A stretch of 61,428 bases of DNA, the filler included, from Choristocarpus tenellus KU-1152 (Eukaryota; Protista; Phaeophyceae), in assembly GCA_964200185.2 (NCBI GenBank). It is 10 parts of 10 records of this genome, joined end to end, with 100 filler letters (N's around TTAATTAATTAA, not from the genome) between each part and the next. Parts side by side here need not be neighbours in the genome. Positions count along the whole stretch, not along the records: positions 1 to 6,162 come from CAXNAD020008792.1; positions 6,263 to 9,366 come from CAXNAD020022297.1; positions 9,467 to 18,969 come from CAXNAD020003623.1; 7 more parts are not named here. One strand, 5' to 3'. The notes beneath the pieces were generated by a model. That model saw nothing but the letters and a program-made list of their open reading frames with translations. It did not search any database and had not been told where the DNA came from. Numbering within the stretch: the first letter of the stretch is position 1; the number at the start of each line of letters is the position of its first letter. This document shows positions 1 to 12,419 of the stretch, one piece after another. A program made the translations under genes and the position numbers.

Positions 1-809
1 CTTTTTTTTATCTCAGGGGTAATTGTTCACGGAAAGGGGGGGGGGGGGGAAGAGAGAGAGATTAATATCAATAGTTGAGGTTATTGGTCAAAAAAGAGGT
101 CACGCACAAGCAAAAGACATTGACAGTAGCAGATCATTTTCAGTAAGTAGAAAGACGTAACAGAAGGTGCTTCCAACAGGAAAGGAGAAGAGAAGTTGAG
201 AGTACTGCAATATGCAAGTGCACAGCACAAGAAAAAGACAGAATGGAAGTATGTCAAAACCAACCCCTAAACGTTTGCCATCAACTGAAGCATATACTAA
301 GCATCTAACGCATCCTACAAAACATATATTAAAAAGGGGATGAGAGGAGGAGTCCTTTGCATCCAACATAAACATATGAGCCAGCATGTAATACAATACT
401 TCAGAGCACTAGCAATGTGCCATGCAGATATCTCTACATATTCAACACACCAGAAAACCAGTCCCAGAAATCCTCCAACAAAAATTAAGCACTCAAGATA
501 GTTACGTAGGGTTAGGAGAGGATGTGCTGTGAATTTGGACTTGGTAACATTCCCACAACTGTTGTTATTTATCAAATAAGTTGCAACCAGTTTTGAATCA
601 CAGGAGCTTGAAATCATGCACAATAAAAAGGTACAGCCAAGAGATACAGAGTAACACTCTCAGTCCGGGGGCGGGGTGGGGGAGGTTAGATTTAACGTAA
701 CTACTCAAGTATATAGTTGTCCTGGTTTAATATAAAAAGAAGTGTTTGACTTTGAGAGCAGGTGAACACAAGTAAGCGTAAGTGTGGGTGATTGAATTGA
801 GTTGTTTTC

Positions 810-3281
810 CTCGTACATCTGCCGAATCAGAGCCAGAGGGGATTCCAGCATTCCCATCATGCGGATTCATCCATTCTAATTTGTCCAGCACTCTCCGAAT
901 CAACCTGCAGTAACAACCAAAATACACACAATGATAAAGTGATCAATCAGTAAGGTCAGTGAGGGAATATTTTGCTCTGGTGTGTCGAAGAGAGCACCAA
1001 ACCTTCACAAAAAGTGGAAAGGCATTAGAGATATCCAACACAGGTCCGACATCACATTTTCACTTATCACACCCTGAAGACTCTTTTAATCAAATTATTC
1101 ATCCCACCAATAAAAAAATATTAAATTTCTATCTTTTTATTCAAAACCAACCTGTGAATCCCTTGCGTTAGGGCCAAGGGGGGAGGGGGGTGAGACAAAG
1201 TAACACAGGTATACAATGACCTCATGAAATGACAAAATGTTTCCTTCACCACATCATACTGTGGTTACCCCAACATCCCCTGGAAATTCTAGAGAGGAAT
1301 GAACATCTACAGAAGCTTCCAAACTAATCAGACACCATCCACACTTAGGGTACCATGACATTGGGAAGGGAGAGAAACATTTTACCTCTCAGAAGACAGG
1401 GGAAAGAAACCCAGTTTATCAAAGAAATTGCCGATGTACCTACTCTCCTGTTTCCAAGGCAAGCCAGTTGCGCTGGATGGACTGATCTTGACCCTGGGAA
1501 AAATGAACATAGGTTGGAGAGTATATAGATGGGTACAAGTGGTGTTCAGATCTTAATTCAGGATAAGGAGTTTGCGTACAGGTAGGGCATGGGCAACATG
1601 ATGAGCCGGGGTGTATAGGGGGGAGGAGATCGGACCCCAACACACAGAAATTCAGTCCAGAACAAACGATGAACATATCAAATCGTGGAAATAACACACA
1701 TCCACCATCACTATTCCATAGAACTCCACCAGGTTTGACTTAGCATATGTAAATGTCTATTGTCCAAGCACGCTCAACAGATTCTTCCCTTGGTTACATC
1801 ATGCAGCGATTGGTGCCAGAGAGAGAAGATTAATCATGGTAACAAATGTACAAGTACAATACAAAAATAGCCTTAAAGGATACACCACCTGCTTCAGCAT
1901 TATGTATTTGATAAGGAGTGCTGGACAATTATCCAGCATTACTGCTTACCAAAGATCATCCAGTGTATTGAATCCTCCTGAAACCACCATCCCCCCATCC
2001 CCGAAAAAAAACGCCTGTTTGCAGCACCGAATAATGCCAAGACCTACACTTAACAAGATTTTGAAAAGACTTGTACACTTCACGAAGACACCATCCAATT
2101 ATAATAAACAAATTTAGTTAAGAGCTCTCCTGTTCACTTCCCCATAGTAATGGTCTCTGGATTGATGCCTTAGATGCAACTCTCGAACAGCCTTCGATTT
2201 CAAGTTGGCATATTACTTTCCGTACCAAAGTGATAAGGAATGCCACGTAATTGTGGTATTTCAGTAACTGGAGAAATACACCATCTGTTCAAGCTAGGGC
2301 TCTCATAACACCCTCCACGAAAAGGGCAGGGAACGCATGACTATTGTAGGAATGGGGTAAAGAGTAAATTGACCTCTTTGCACTGCCTCAGCCTACGCAC
2401 TTAACAGCAAAACAATTGCAGCACTTGCCTTTTTAGGGAAGCCAACGCGTCCCTGGGTGCCCGCTTGGGCCTTTCGCTGTATATGCATTCTTTTTTTGAC
2501 GCGATACACCAACTGGCCTCGCACATGCGGCAGGGCAAGATGGGTAGGAAAGTCAAGATCTTCAAGCATTTCTCTTCTCCATCCCCTGTTCACCAGTCCC
2601 CTGTTCTCGAAAACTCTTCTAAAAACAAAAGGATAACAAGCAAGGGTGGACGCAAAATGCCCATATTCCACTAGTGCATGCCTTAATATTTCACTTCCCT
2701 ATCCCTCCTATATCTCTAAACGGTGTATGATTAATTCTCTTCTTGCTCTTCCATGTCTCCTACCTGCACGCTGTCACACCATCACCATCGCATCCTTTCT
2801 TCCTCTTAGTACATAGATTGCAACTGGTTCGCATCTTCTTCCTTATGCCACTCTTCCCATCAGGACGGTTGAGGACCAGGCCCGTCGCTTTCCGAGGAGC
2901 CTGTGTCACCAATCCCCCTGGAGCGAAGTATTCACCACCAATCCTCTCACTTTGAGGAATAGGTCCGCCCATCACTGACTGAGGTGGGGGCACATGATTG
3001 GGATCGAAGTATGTCTGCTCGTTCTGTGCAACATACCAAGTTGGAGGGTTGTTCCCTGCCCGCCTCGAACGAGACGGGGTCTTCAACTCGACACTGGATC
3101 CACCCACAAACCCTCCACCCGTGGACTCGTCATAACTTGTATTCATGCTAGAACTACTCAGAAAAGATAACCAGATAGGCAAAAGGTGATCGTCGTGGTA
3201 CTTGACCTCGCCCCTTATAATGATATGTATCCTCTCGGACTTTTGAGGAGCTGGAGATATATCTCCTATTCCACTGTTCAT
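810..3281 (-). CDS. Zn(II)2Cys6 (GAL4-type zinc cluster) transcription factor, multi-exon; 3' exons not resolved
   Basis: Exons 3281-2764, 2512-2429, 1493-1386 and 904-~810 splice in phase (all phase 2). They give CNLCTKRKKGCDGDGVTACSWCIASKKEC (CX2CX6CX7CX2CX6C), then KRVKISPSSATGLPWKQESRYIGNFFDKLGFFPLSSERLIRRVLDKL. Intron 2 uses a GC donor (AG|GCAAGT). Confidence 0.85.
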
Positions 3282-4090
3282 TGTACGACCAAGAGGATGA
3301 TTGAAAGAAGTCGAAGGGGTCTAGGAAAATCTTGTCACAGTCAAAAATTGTGATTTTGGAAGGTCAAAACGAAGCATAAAGGTGGATTGGAACTTTTTTG
3401 TCTCTCTCTCTCCATATTGAAATATATGGACAGTACATTATAATACTGTATTCTAGAATGTGTAACTACTGTTCTGAGCTAAGATGTTACATCATAGAGT
3501 TTTCAAGAGTTGTTAAGTGCACAGGGGTGGGTTCGTAAAATACACGGAAAAAGAATAGACGGAGTAGAAAAGCTTCATATATCCACCTCTTACAAACTAG
3601 TTCCTAGCGCAGTATCTTTACTATCGAGTAGTAAAGAGCATTAAATTACGAATGTTTCTTGTTCTCCCCACATACAGTTTATGATTATGAAGCAAACGCA
3701 TGTATCTGTTAGAAATATCATAAGAAAGGATGAGAGGTACACTATTTATTTACTTGACGATATTTTATGCGCTTCGATCTTCAACAATAATATTTTTACT
3801 ACTACTATTCTTCCAGTTTATTTTACTCCCTCCACATGTCCACCTCCCTTTCTTGACATCTTTGTGGTTAGTCTTGGCGTTTTTGTGGTTAGCTACGGAC
3901 AAATAGTGAAGCAATTGTGAATTTACTATCACTTTCCTCTCCAAGTCGAAATTGATGGTCGAAACGTCCGCCTTCATCGTGTCTTGCTGGGCCTCGACTG
4001 TAGGAACATCTTCTCCCATATGATACGTGGAAACCCCTATTTACTACATATCTTCAACCCACATATAATAACCGCTACTCTACCTATATC

Positions 4091-4190
4091 TTATTATGCC
4101 CTCGGATATTTTTCACATGTGTCAGGGGAAAAACCGATTCAAAATCTTAAGGATCCCTCCAAAAGTAACAGTTGTCGTAAGATATCTCTC
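4091..4190 (+). mobile_element. Short dispersed repeat with terminal hairpin (Helentron/HINE-like end), copy 1
   Basis: TTATTATGCCCTCGGATATTTTTCACATGTGTCAGGGGAAAAACC...; similar copies at ~19290-19375 (-), 39863-39972 (+) and 47421-47530 (-). Confidence 0.5.
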
Positions 4191-4519
4191 TAAAATATAT
4201 TTACTATTTGACTACACCCAATACTACACTCCGCTGCTATGCCTCCAACCTACCTTAGCCCTTCACTACAGGGCAAGGAGCTAGGGAAGCATCCTATCAT
4301 GAACGCATCAAAAATTAATGGATGTCACTTCCAGGTCCTAACATATCAATAGGCAGCGTTGGGGATCCAGCGAGGAGGAAACCTGGAGGGAAAACACCCT
4401 TCCGACGTTTGCCCTGACGACAGATATGTTAGCGCAACACTCGCACCTCACGGCACTCACTCTGCGTATGTCTCAATGTTCAAAATATAAACTCCTACAC
4501 CAGAGTCTCATACACATGT

Positions 4520-5140
4520 CAAAAGTAGGGTACTGTCTAAAATGATTCGACTCCTTCCAAGCTAAACATACACAAATCAGACACAAAACTATAGTAGCAC
4601 TGAACTTGGGTATTGCCATATAATCTCCCCCTTCAGAACTAAAACACAGCAACGACAAGGCACTAAGATCATGACTCACAGTCACAAAAGAGAATAAGGT
4701 CCGGCCTGGCAAGGCCTACCCCTACTAGCAACTAAAAACATCCACAAAAAAAGCAAAAATANNNNNNNNNNCTTGCTAGGAACTATGAACATACACAAAA
4801 AATACAAATATATTAAAATAAAAAGTAATAATAGGGAGTATCTCAGCAAGTCTCTCCCTCTTCACAACTATATATAGGACAACAAGATAATGTCTCACAG
4901 TCACAAACAAAAATAAGGTGCTGCCATACAAAGGCTTGCCCTACCTACAAACTAAGAACACACAAACAAAAGACTCAGAAAATAGGCAGTGTCATAGTAA
5001 GACTCTCCCCCCTCACAAATATCGACACAAATGAATATGGGTGCAAAATCACGATAGCACTGAAATAGGGTACTGCCATAAACGCTTCCCCCTTCAGAAC
5101 TATAAACACAAACAATACAAGACAGGAATCATGTCTCAAA
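4520..5140. repeat. Degenerate tandem/direct repeat region
   Basis: Recurring blocks TAGCACTGAA..GGGTA(T/C)TGCCATA..CCCCCTTCAGAACTA (~4595 and ~5054) and CTCACAGTCACAAA..AATAAGGT (~4675 and ~4894). Confidence 0.55.
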
Positions 5141-5174
5141 TACAAACAAAATGTATAAAAACCACATAAGTTCG

Positions 5175-5432
5175 GATTGAAAGTATCTTAGAGGGTACAA
5201 GTTTTACCCTGTTTGTCCGTTTGGGGCTTGACTTCCCGTAGGGTTTTTTATTACATTTTCCCACGACAATTTTTTTCGGTGTAGGTAAATTTATGCATTA
5301 TGAAATGATGGTACCAGAACAAGGATATTGGCACTTCCTAATAAACACGAGAGCCAAAATTACATCAAAAACGCAACATTGGATTTTGGACCCCAAATGG
5401 ACGCGGCTCTACCCTCTAAGATGCTTTGGCTC
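5175..5432 (+). mobile_element. MITE family A (258 bp), copy 1
   Basis: TIRs (GA)TTGAAAGTATCTTAGAGGGTA ... TACCCTCTAAGATGCTTTGGCTC; flanks TTCG/TTAG (TSD with one mismatch). Confidence 0.9.
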
Positions 5433-5581
5433 TTAGTAAATGTCATAACAAGATTACTCACACTGGTTAGAATGCGAAAAGGCAGACATGCTATTCGCCT
5501 GTAACATGCCCCCCACATCAGCCCCTCTTTGACCATCTCCCTGGAGTCTCCAGCTTAAAACACATGACACGTCTTGATAGA

Positions 5582-5835
5582 GAGTGAAAGTATCTTACAG
5601 GGTACGAGTGTTTCCCTCTTTGTCCATTTGGGGCTTGGCTTCCCACGGGTTTTGAATGACATTTTACCTACTCCATTTTTTGCAGGAAGTAAAATCTATA
5701 CGTTACGAAAAGGTGCACCCAGAACAAGGATATTGGCATCTCCTAACAAACATGATAGTCACAATTTCATAAAAATGCAACACTGGATTTCGCCCACAAA
5801 TCGACGCAGCTCTACCCTCTAAAATACTTTAACTC
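5582..5835 (+). mobile_element. MITE family A, copy 2
   Basis: GAGTGAAAGTATCTTACAGGGTA ... TACCCTCTAAAATACTTTAACTC; internal sequence matches the other copies; no clean TSD. Confidence 0.9.
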
Positions 5836-5843
5836 AAAGCCAC

Positions 5844-6140
5844 TTATGTTGTAACAGACACTATCTGTCGTGAACGGGATTTGGCCGCTCTTTTCCTGCT
5901 ATAGCCTCCCATCCCTCTCCCACCTACCGTGTGCATAGCCAACTCATCCAGAAAATTACCTGCTTGCTTACCAAGGTACTCAAGACTTTCCACCACGAAG
6001 GTGTTGAGGTTAAAACTAGGAGGGTCGAAATAACCCTTGTAATGGGTGTGCTTTCGATCCTCAGCAGCAGCAGTAGCAGCAGCTAGCATTATTGCTGATT
6101 AATGAATGGGGCAGATATGGGAGGCTGCTTGCACTTCTAC
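5844..6140 (-). mobile_element. Non-LTR retrotransposon remnant, C-terminal restriction-like endonuclease (RLE) region
   Basis: AAATAAAEDRKHTHY..F...TFVVESLEYLGKQAGNFLDELA resembles the AE.RK..KY / F.VET.G..G..A..FL..LA motif of RLE-encoding (CRE/NeSL-type) elements. Confidence 0.6.
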
Positions 6141-6142
6141 AA

Positions 6143-6162
6143 GGGTCAAAGTATCTGGGGGG
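6143..6162 (+). mobile_element. Terminus of MITE family B, truncated by contig end
   Basis: GGGTCAAAGTATCTGGGGGG directly before the linker; the same terminus type ends contigs at 27279-27296 and 42347-42366. Confidence 0.65.
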
Positions 6163-6262
6163 NNNNNNNNNNNNNNNNNNNNNNNNNNNNNNNNNNNNNN
6201 NNNNNNTTAATTAATTAANNNNNNNNNNNNNNNNNNNNNNNNNNNNNNNNNNNNNNNNNNNN
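6163..6262. other. Artificial contig-joining linker (first of nine; others at 9367-9466, 18970-19069, 24053-24152, 27297-27396, 37040-37139, 42367-42466, 52188-52287, 57563-57662)
   Basis: Identical N44-TTAATTAATTAA-N44 structure with stop codons in all six frames. Confidence 0.98.
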
Positions 6263-7340
6263 CAGTATGTCAGGACACATCATGACAAGATAGGAATACG
6301 GGGGTGTTTAGCTGTACACAGGCATAGATCTACTGTAGTGATTTTGTACTGCTGCTATAGGTACTGTGTGATTGTTTAAAATGATTCTCTTGGTGACCAT
6401 GTGGATTGTGGTTTTGTTTGAAGGTTTTCAGGGCTGTTTGTTGGTTTCTTTTATTCTGTTGCTTACTACACCTCAAGGGGGAGGCACCGTTTTTTTTTGT
6501 CAGTTCAAGTCTAATCAATGGAACCCTAACCCTCAAATTTTTGTCCTAATAATTGCACGTAATGCTGAAGGCGAAAGTACCTCTATTGGTGACGGCGATA
6601 TTTTGCCCACACTGATTGATTTCCCAGGTCGTTGTGCTCCACCTGGTTCTGTTGAGAAGTTGGAAAGTTGGGAAGGGTTGCAAAAAGGCAATGTAATGTG
6701 AACCTCAGTGATGTACCCTATATGGCAAACTGAGTAAGAAGAGTGCATTTGTAGTCCAACCTAAGTTCCCTCCTCAAAGTGTTGCTGAAACATTATTATT
6801 ATCAATCTTGGTGTCACTCGCTGCTTTCATAATTGAGTCCGACAGGTGTGAACACATTGTTCCCAGGTGCTCCTGCATACTGAAGAGAACTTCGCATTGT
6901 GTTGAACCTGTGAACCCTCACACTTTGTGTTTGCTCTCAAGGGTCGGCCAGGAACATGAATTTAACCATCCAAGTATGTTCTCAACTGGGTGATCAAACC
7001 CCTTAATTGCTAAGGCGCTGGCTTGTATCCCTCCCTCATCTCGACCATTGCAAACATTGGTTGCCTCAATTGGGATGAGGCTCGTGAGTTGTTCCAGTAT
7101 TGGGGGGGTCGAGAACATTCAAGAGTCAATGCATTCTATTGGTTCAATGCGATTACAAGGCTGTTTTATTCATGTTAATGTTGCCTTTCAGACCATCCAA
7201 TGTATCTCTCGCATTGACATCACTCAAGGATATTCTTGCACTGATTATACTCCAAAGTGCTGCACATTGACATACCCTATCTCTCTTGTGTGATCCCTTG
7301 TGGGTCCCTTCCTACGGACTGCCTCGTACACTATGTGCAG

Positions 7341-7832
7341 GTTCACTACCCTTCATTCAGTCCTCAACTTCTCCTTTCTGCTGGGAATGATAGGATGATT
7401 CTTCTTTGGGACCATCGGGCGTTCGCTGAAGATCTTCTCAGAATGCCACCCCCAACTCAAGAGGTTGGTCCCTCTGCCAACCTTGATGACTCTTCAATCA
7501 CCAATCCTCCTCCTCTACTGGAGGACCAATCTGTCGGCCAATCAGGAGTACAGTATCGTTGTCAGCGGAAGAAGAAGGGAGGGCATTGCAGAAAGGCTAG
7601 GAAGGGGGTAGGTGGAGGTAGGGAGATGAAAACTGGGGAAGGGGAAGGTTCCGCAAGGGGGGAAACAAGTGTGGTACCAACTGGGCTGGTGGATTGTTCA
7701 ACACCTGTGGCAGCACTGGAGCTTAGTGAGAAGCCAAATTGGGTTACTAGTGCGGTAGTGCCATATGAATCACTCTTGTTAGCAGACACTAGTTCCTCTG
7801 TGAAGGTGTTCAGAAAAAGTGGAGGAGCCTAA
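7341..7832 (+). CDS. Terminal exon of a WD40-repeat protein (WDR53-like C-terminus)
   Basis: Acceptor GTGCAG|GTT at 7340/7341. VHYPSFSPQLLLSAGNDRMILLWD is a WD40 blade, followed by a K/G-rich insert, then EKPNWVTS...LLLADTSSSVKVF and the stop. Confidence 0.7.
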   Translation, partial: VHYPSFSPQLLLSAGNDRMILLWDHRAFAEDLLRMPPPTQEVGPSANLDDSSITNPPPLLEDQSVGQSGVQYRCQRKKKGGHCRKARKGVGGGREMKTGEGEGSARGETSVVPTGLVDCSTPVAALELSEKPNWVTSAVVPYESLLLADTSSSVKVFRKSGGA

Positions 7833-9466
7833 CACAAGGCACAGGGGAAGCATGTGTATATATGTGTTCATCTATTTGTTTTAGGTAGGTGATCTCATTC
7901 TTTCTCAGTTATTGAAATACTGCATGTTGATTAAGTTGACATTGTAGATATGTCAAGTACCCAAGGTAATCTTATACAGGAACCTAGTACATGCTCAGCT
8001 TCGTGGCAGTACATAGGATGTACTCACCAGCCTAGCTTCTATTGTGAGATAAACAGAAAAAGGTTGAACTGCTACACTCATCAACTTGATGTCACAGGGA
8101 ATGCACAAAATTCCTTCTGCCAGCTCTGTGGATACACGTCCTGCGGAGGAAGGCATTTTGCTATTCTGGGCAATAACACATAAAGTAATGACCTGGATGG
8201 TGTGGTCAAAGCAGGAAATGGTTACCGGCAGCACACAGGAGATTCATGCTGGATGGCGTGGTGGATGTGCTGAATTTACACTGGTCTAGGATGATCATGT
8301 CATTGCATACACTCTTATCTAGTAGATACGTCAATAGATACATTGTTAAATAAAATACCGATTATTGGTTAGCACAAGCTTCAAATGAAAATGTCCCAAC
8401 CAGGTACCTAAGCTAACTGTTCCACTCACAACACCCTTCACCCTTTCCGATCACACCTAGTTAATTCCTCCAGCATGAAAAACAAAGCGCCTTGGCAAGA
8501 AACAATCAGAAGAACTATTATAGATGTTGGAATACAGTTTCCATATTAGTGCAATCGCACTAGTGTATGCACGCATGGCATTTTGAAGATGTCGAAAGGT
8601 AGACAAAGACGAAAACCGAACTTACGCAATCAACAGGATCTTCTGAATGCATTTATTTTTGTGGTACCTCTCCCTAGCATGCTCTTTTGTGTACAACAAA
8701 GATGTCCCTATTTCCACATGCAGTAGTTGTGGCCTTACCTCCAGTGGTCCAACGTTTGTAGCTGACTGACCTGAACTGTACGTTTGACAGGTGCTGATTT
8801 ATGATTGGACAAGAATGGTTATGTTGAAGAAGAGTCTGTGTGTTACCCCTTGCCAAAGATAGGTATCTGACACACATTGACTGCAGATGTAGCCAGGACT
8901 ATGCTTTTCAGTTGAGACAGTTACACTAGCAATACCAACTATTATTCGTGGATGTGTAAACTGTTCACAATTGTAAAGAACGTTATTATACGGCAGATAG
9001 CGAGTAAGTGTACATGGAAATTTGGTTCAAACTAGACACTGACTCAGGAACAAAGGCATGAGACGTACAGGTCCCCCCAACTTTTCTTCCCCTCTGTCAC
9101 TCTTCTTATTTCAACGGTTTTTAACCTTGGTGACATGCACTTTTTGGGTGTATTCATGTGTTCTTACTACTCTATCCTTCCTCAAGGGTTAGGGTTAGGG
9201 ATTTTCATGCATTGTGTCGAAATTTTTCGAACAAGAAAAAATGAAGTTCTCGTATCAACCTTACGACTTCATCCATAGAAATATAAGTGTATTTGTGAAT
9301 CGTGTGATTCTGTGGCGGCGTGGTTCACTCAGGCAAGGGTGGTGAAGAGAATCACCGGGCAAGATGNNNNNNNNNNNNNNNNNNNNNNNNNNNNNNNNNN
9401 NNNNNNNNNNTTAATTAATTAANNNNNNNNNNNNNNNNNNNNNNNNNNNNNNNNNNNNNNNNNNNN

Positions 9467-9616
9467 AATTGAGGATGGAGCTTTTCATTGAGCATGGGCT
9501 TGACCCAAAATTGACTGGGATAAAGTGTCGATATGTTTTTCTTTGTATTTGACCTTTGTTGGGTCAAGCCCATCCTCAATGAAAAGCTCCATCCTCAATT
9601 TTTCAAATCGGCTGTT
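9467..9616. mobile_element. MITE-like family C with long TIRs (left end cut by contig edge)
   Basis: 42-bp inverted repeat, 9467-9508 versus 9559-9600 (1 mismatch), followed by TTTCAAATCGGCTGTT; related ends at 19070-19115 and 40683-40755. Confidence 0.6.
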
Positions 9617-10275
9617 ATATCTGAATTATATATTTCTATAATCAATTTTCTATTCGACTATCCATTATGATCTTTTGGACACCTGTTAACCTAAAAGGTC
9701 AACATAAAATCATCAGAACCGATGTAAGAGTAATAGTTGTAAATACGACCATAGACGACAAGATTATATACAAAAGAATATTCAAATCACATCTATATAC
9801 GATCAATAAATATACTTTCAAAATTTTGTGCTTACCATGTTGTTGTTGGAGAATTTGGTGGTTTGAGTCAAAATATATCAACGAAGGACTCTTGTTTCAT
9901 GTCTTGTTTTTGTTTTTCTACAAACCAGAAATAAATAGATTGATCTTAATTCATTCCGTTGACTGATACCATAGTAAGAAGAATACAGAATGCAGAATTT
10001 TCTGTTATTGGAGGTAACCTTTTGAACTTTTGTTTCTTAAATATTGGTGTATCTACAATACACCACATCCACCTTCAGAATACCGGAGGAAATACGTAAG
10101 GAACCTCCCACAGAGTAGATGGAGGTGTTGTGACAGGTGTTGATGTTTTCCACACAATCCCCCTTCAATTCCTTTATCACCTAACTACGTATCAAGTTAG
10201 CAACACATATTTAATCCTATTTCGAATTAAGTACCAAGAACAAGATCCTTGTGAGAGCTAAACGTCCAGACTAGC

Positions 10276-12419
10276 ATGGGTAGAGATTGTCGCAAGGCGA
10301 ACCCCCGCACATCTCAATCTAGGTCGTTAGGGATTCCCTCCTTCCTCCTGAACCTCCTCTTAATGCTGACTGAGGAAAAGGAGGGCGCCGTATACTACCA
10401 CGATGGTGAGAGTCAACCTGATTTGATCTGTTAATGTCACATCGCCAAGTCCCATTGTCCTACCCATCATCTCTACAGATGTTCAATAAGGACACACCGT
10501 TGACAGGATTAATTTTGTGGTAGTTGTTGCGCACCTCCCAATATGGACACATCCTATGCAGCAATATATTTTGAAAAGTAGTGGAATGTTACGGACACAC
10601 TTGGCCTTGTTGATCACTTGGTCAGGGTCGAATCAAGCCCCCTGAAACCAGGAACTTGTTTCCTCCCCTTTCCCCTATTCGACTACCAAATCGTACCTCC
10701 ACCCACAACTTGCTGTTCAGGAAATATAGTCGTGCGTGACTTCACCCGTTTGACATCGGACCTGCTGCCACGGTATTTCAACTACTCCGGTATAACGTCT
10801 TTCCATAGACAGCTATCCTACTTCGGTTTCCGAAAGATTGTGGGAAAGGGGAGGCAAGAGGTCTGTGAACTAGAGAAGTGGTTTTAAAGGCTCTCCCGCT
10901 TTCAAAATGAACAGGTATTCCTTAGAACGGTATTCTCGATCAAAGAAGGAGTATAATTGTAACAACCGTGCCCTGTGCGTGGTGTCTGTCCCGTGTATAC
11001 GAGGATATGCACGATAAATTACATTTACCACCAGACTCGTACACCCTTGAACTACCGCACCGACCTGACCTGCACATAGCACCCCATTTTGCAGTGGTTT
11101 TCTCTGTGATATTTTTGCCTCTCCCTCCTCACATTGTTTAGACCCACAAACATTAAAAAAGACGTACAGAAAGTAGAACCGCGATTACCTCATCCATAGA
11201 TGTGACCTATTTATCTTTTGTGCACGCCCTTCTCGACGTGTTTCATGGTTTTCCTACCTATGGCTTGGCTTGTTCCTTCAGTAGAGTCTTGCTTTGTACC
11301 CCTATCGAACGGATCGACTTATTGTCTCCCTTATGTCCCCTCACACCCGTTTTTGCGAAAATCACGTCCTCTTCACTTCTACCCTGGACGCTGTGCTGTA
11401 CATGGGACAGCCTTCCATATTCTACAACTACAGGTTGCAGGTACTGTACGTGCTATTCGAAAGGTAGTCCATGCATCCACCATTGTTGTTTATACTCTAG
11501 AGTCTTACTGGTGGTTGATCTTGAGATCTATGCAATACAGTTTCCAACCACCACACCAGCACAACAAAAACAAGAGGATAAACTTGTTGTGATCTCATCA
11601 ACTCTCTCTGCCACCCACCCCCCTACGATGTATCCACATACTTCCCAGGGGAAAACACCAGAGATGATCCTCAACTTACAGCGCAAGCCCAGGGGAAAAT
11701 TTAAGGATTCCATCTGTGCCATGACCGTGCCTACACGGTCCATTTCTTCCCCGCACAGCTTCCTTGACAGCAAAGATCCCACCCAAGAGCAAACAGGTCA
11801 ACCTACTGCTAAATGTGCCCGTTTTTCTAATATATTGCCCTTGGAGCCTCCAATCAAGCACCAGGAGCATCAACTCATGGTCCCTAACCAGACCAGCCTT
11901 TCAAATGGGAACATGTTTGGGCTTACAGGCAGAGTTGACCGCAGCATCCCCTCGAATCCACTTGAAGTTGAACCCACTGACATTAACAGTAATCCCACAT
12001 ATGAGACGAGATGCAGTGGACTACAGCACCAAGCGTTCATCAGCAGGAACAGCATCAAGAGCAACGACTTGAGTCGATGGCGAATGCAAGGATGGGAGAG
12101 CAGGAACAAATCTACGGCAGCACCTCCTCGAACAACATGGAATCACTTCTCACTTATTGGTAATCTATCACCTGCTTCGGAAATGAACAGGATCTGGAAC
12201 CAAAGGGCTGACCAATGTTGCGGAGAGATACTAAACAAATGTGTTGATTGCCATGGCTTGCAAAGTGCCCACTCTGCATTTCCTATGGAGACATCCGTGC
12301 TTCCCAAAGATGAGACTTTGTTGAGATTGATAGAGTCTGGCAAGCTGTGGTTAACCCCCTTGAATGTGGAACAGGATGGTGAGAGGGAGGCATGGCTTGC
12401 AAATGTACAGAGGAGATAG
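10276..12419 (+). CDS. HSF-type DNA-binding domain transcription factor
   Basis: Exons 10276-10405, 10721-10860 and 11649-12419 join in phase (a small intervening exon cannot be excluded): IPSFLLNLLLML...DGNIVVRDFTRLTSDLLPRYFNYSGITSFHRQLSYFGFRK...EMILNLQRK. This matches the HSF signature LPxYF..SFxRQLxxYGFxK. Confidence 0.85.

Noticed and set aside
3765-4019. 84-aa ORF upstream of the Zn2Cys6 gene
   Set aside because: No recognisable domain and no supported splice link to the downstream exon.
6300-7200. Possible degenerate LTR-retrotransposon pol on the minus strand
   Set aside because: Only vague similarity; diagnostic motifs (YxDD, DAS) not identifiable.
11202-11648. N-terminal part of the 405-aa ORF
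   Set aside because: Most likely intronic read-through; the HSF gene is better explained by splicing into the acceptor at 11649.
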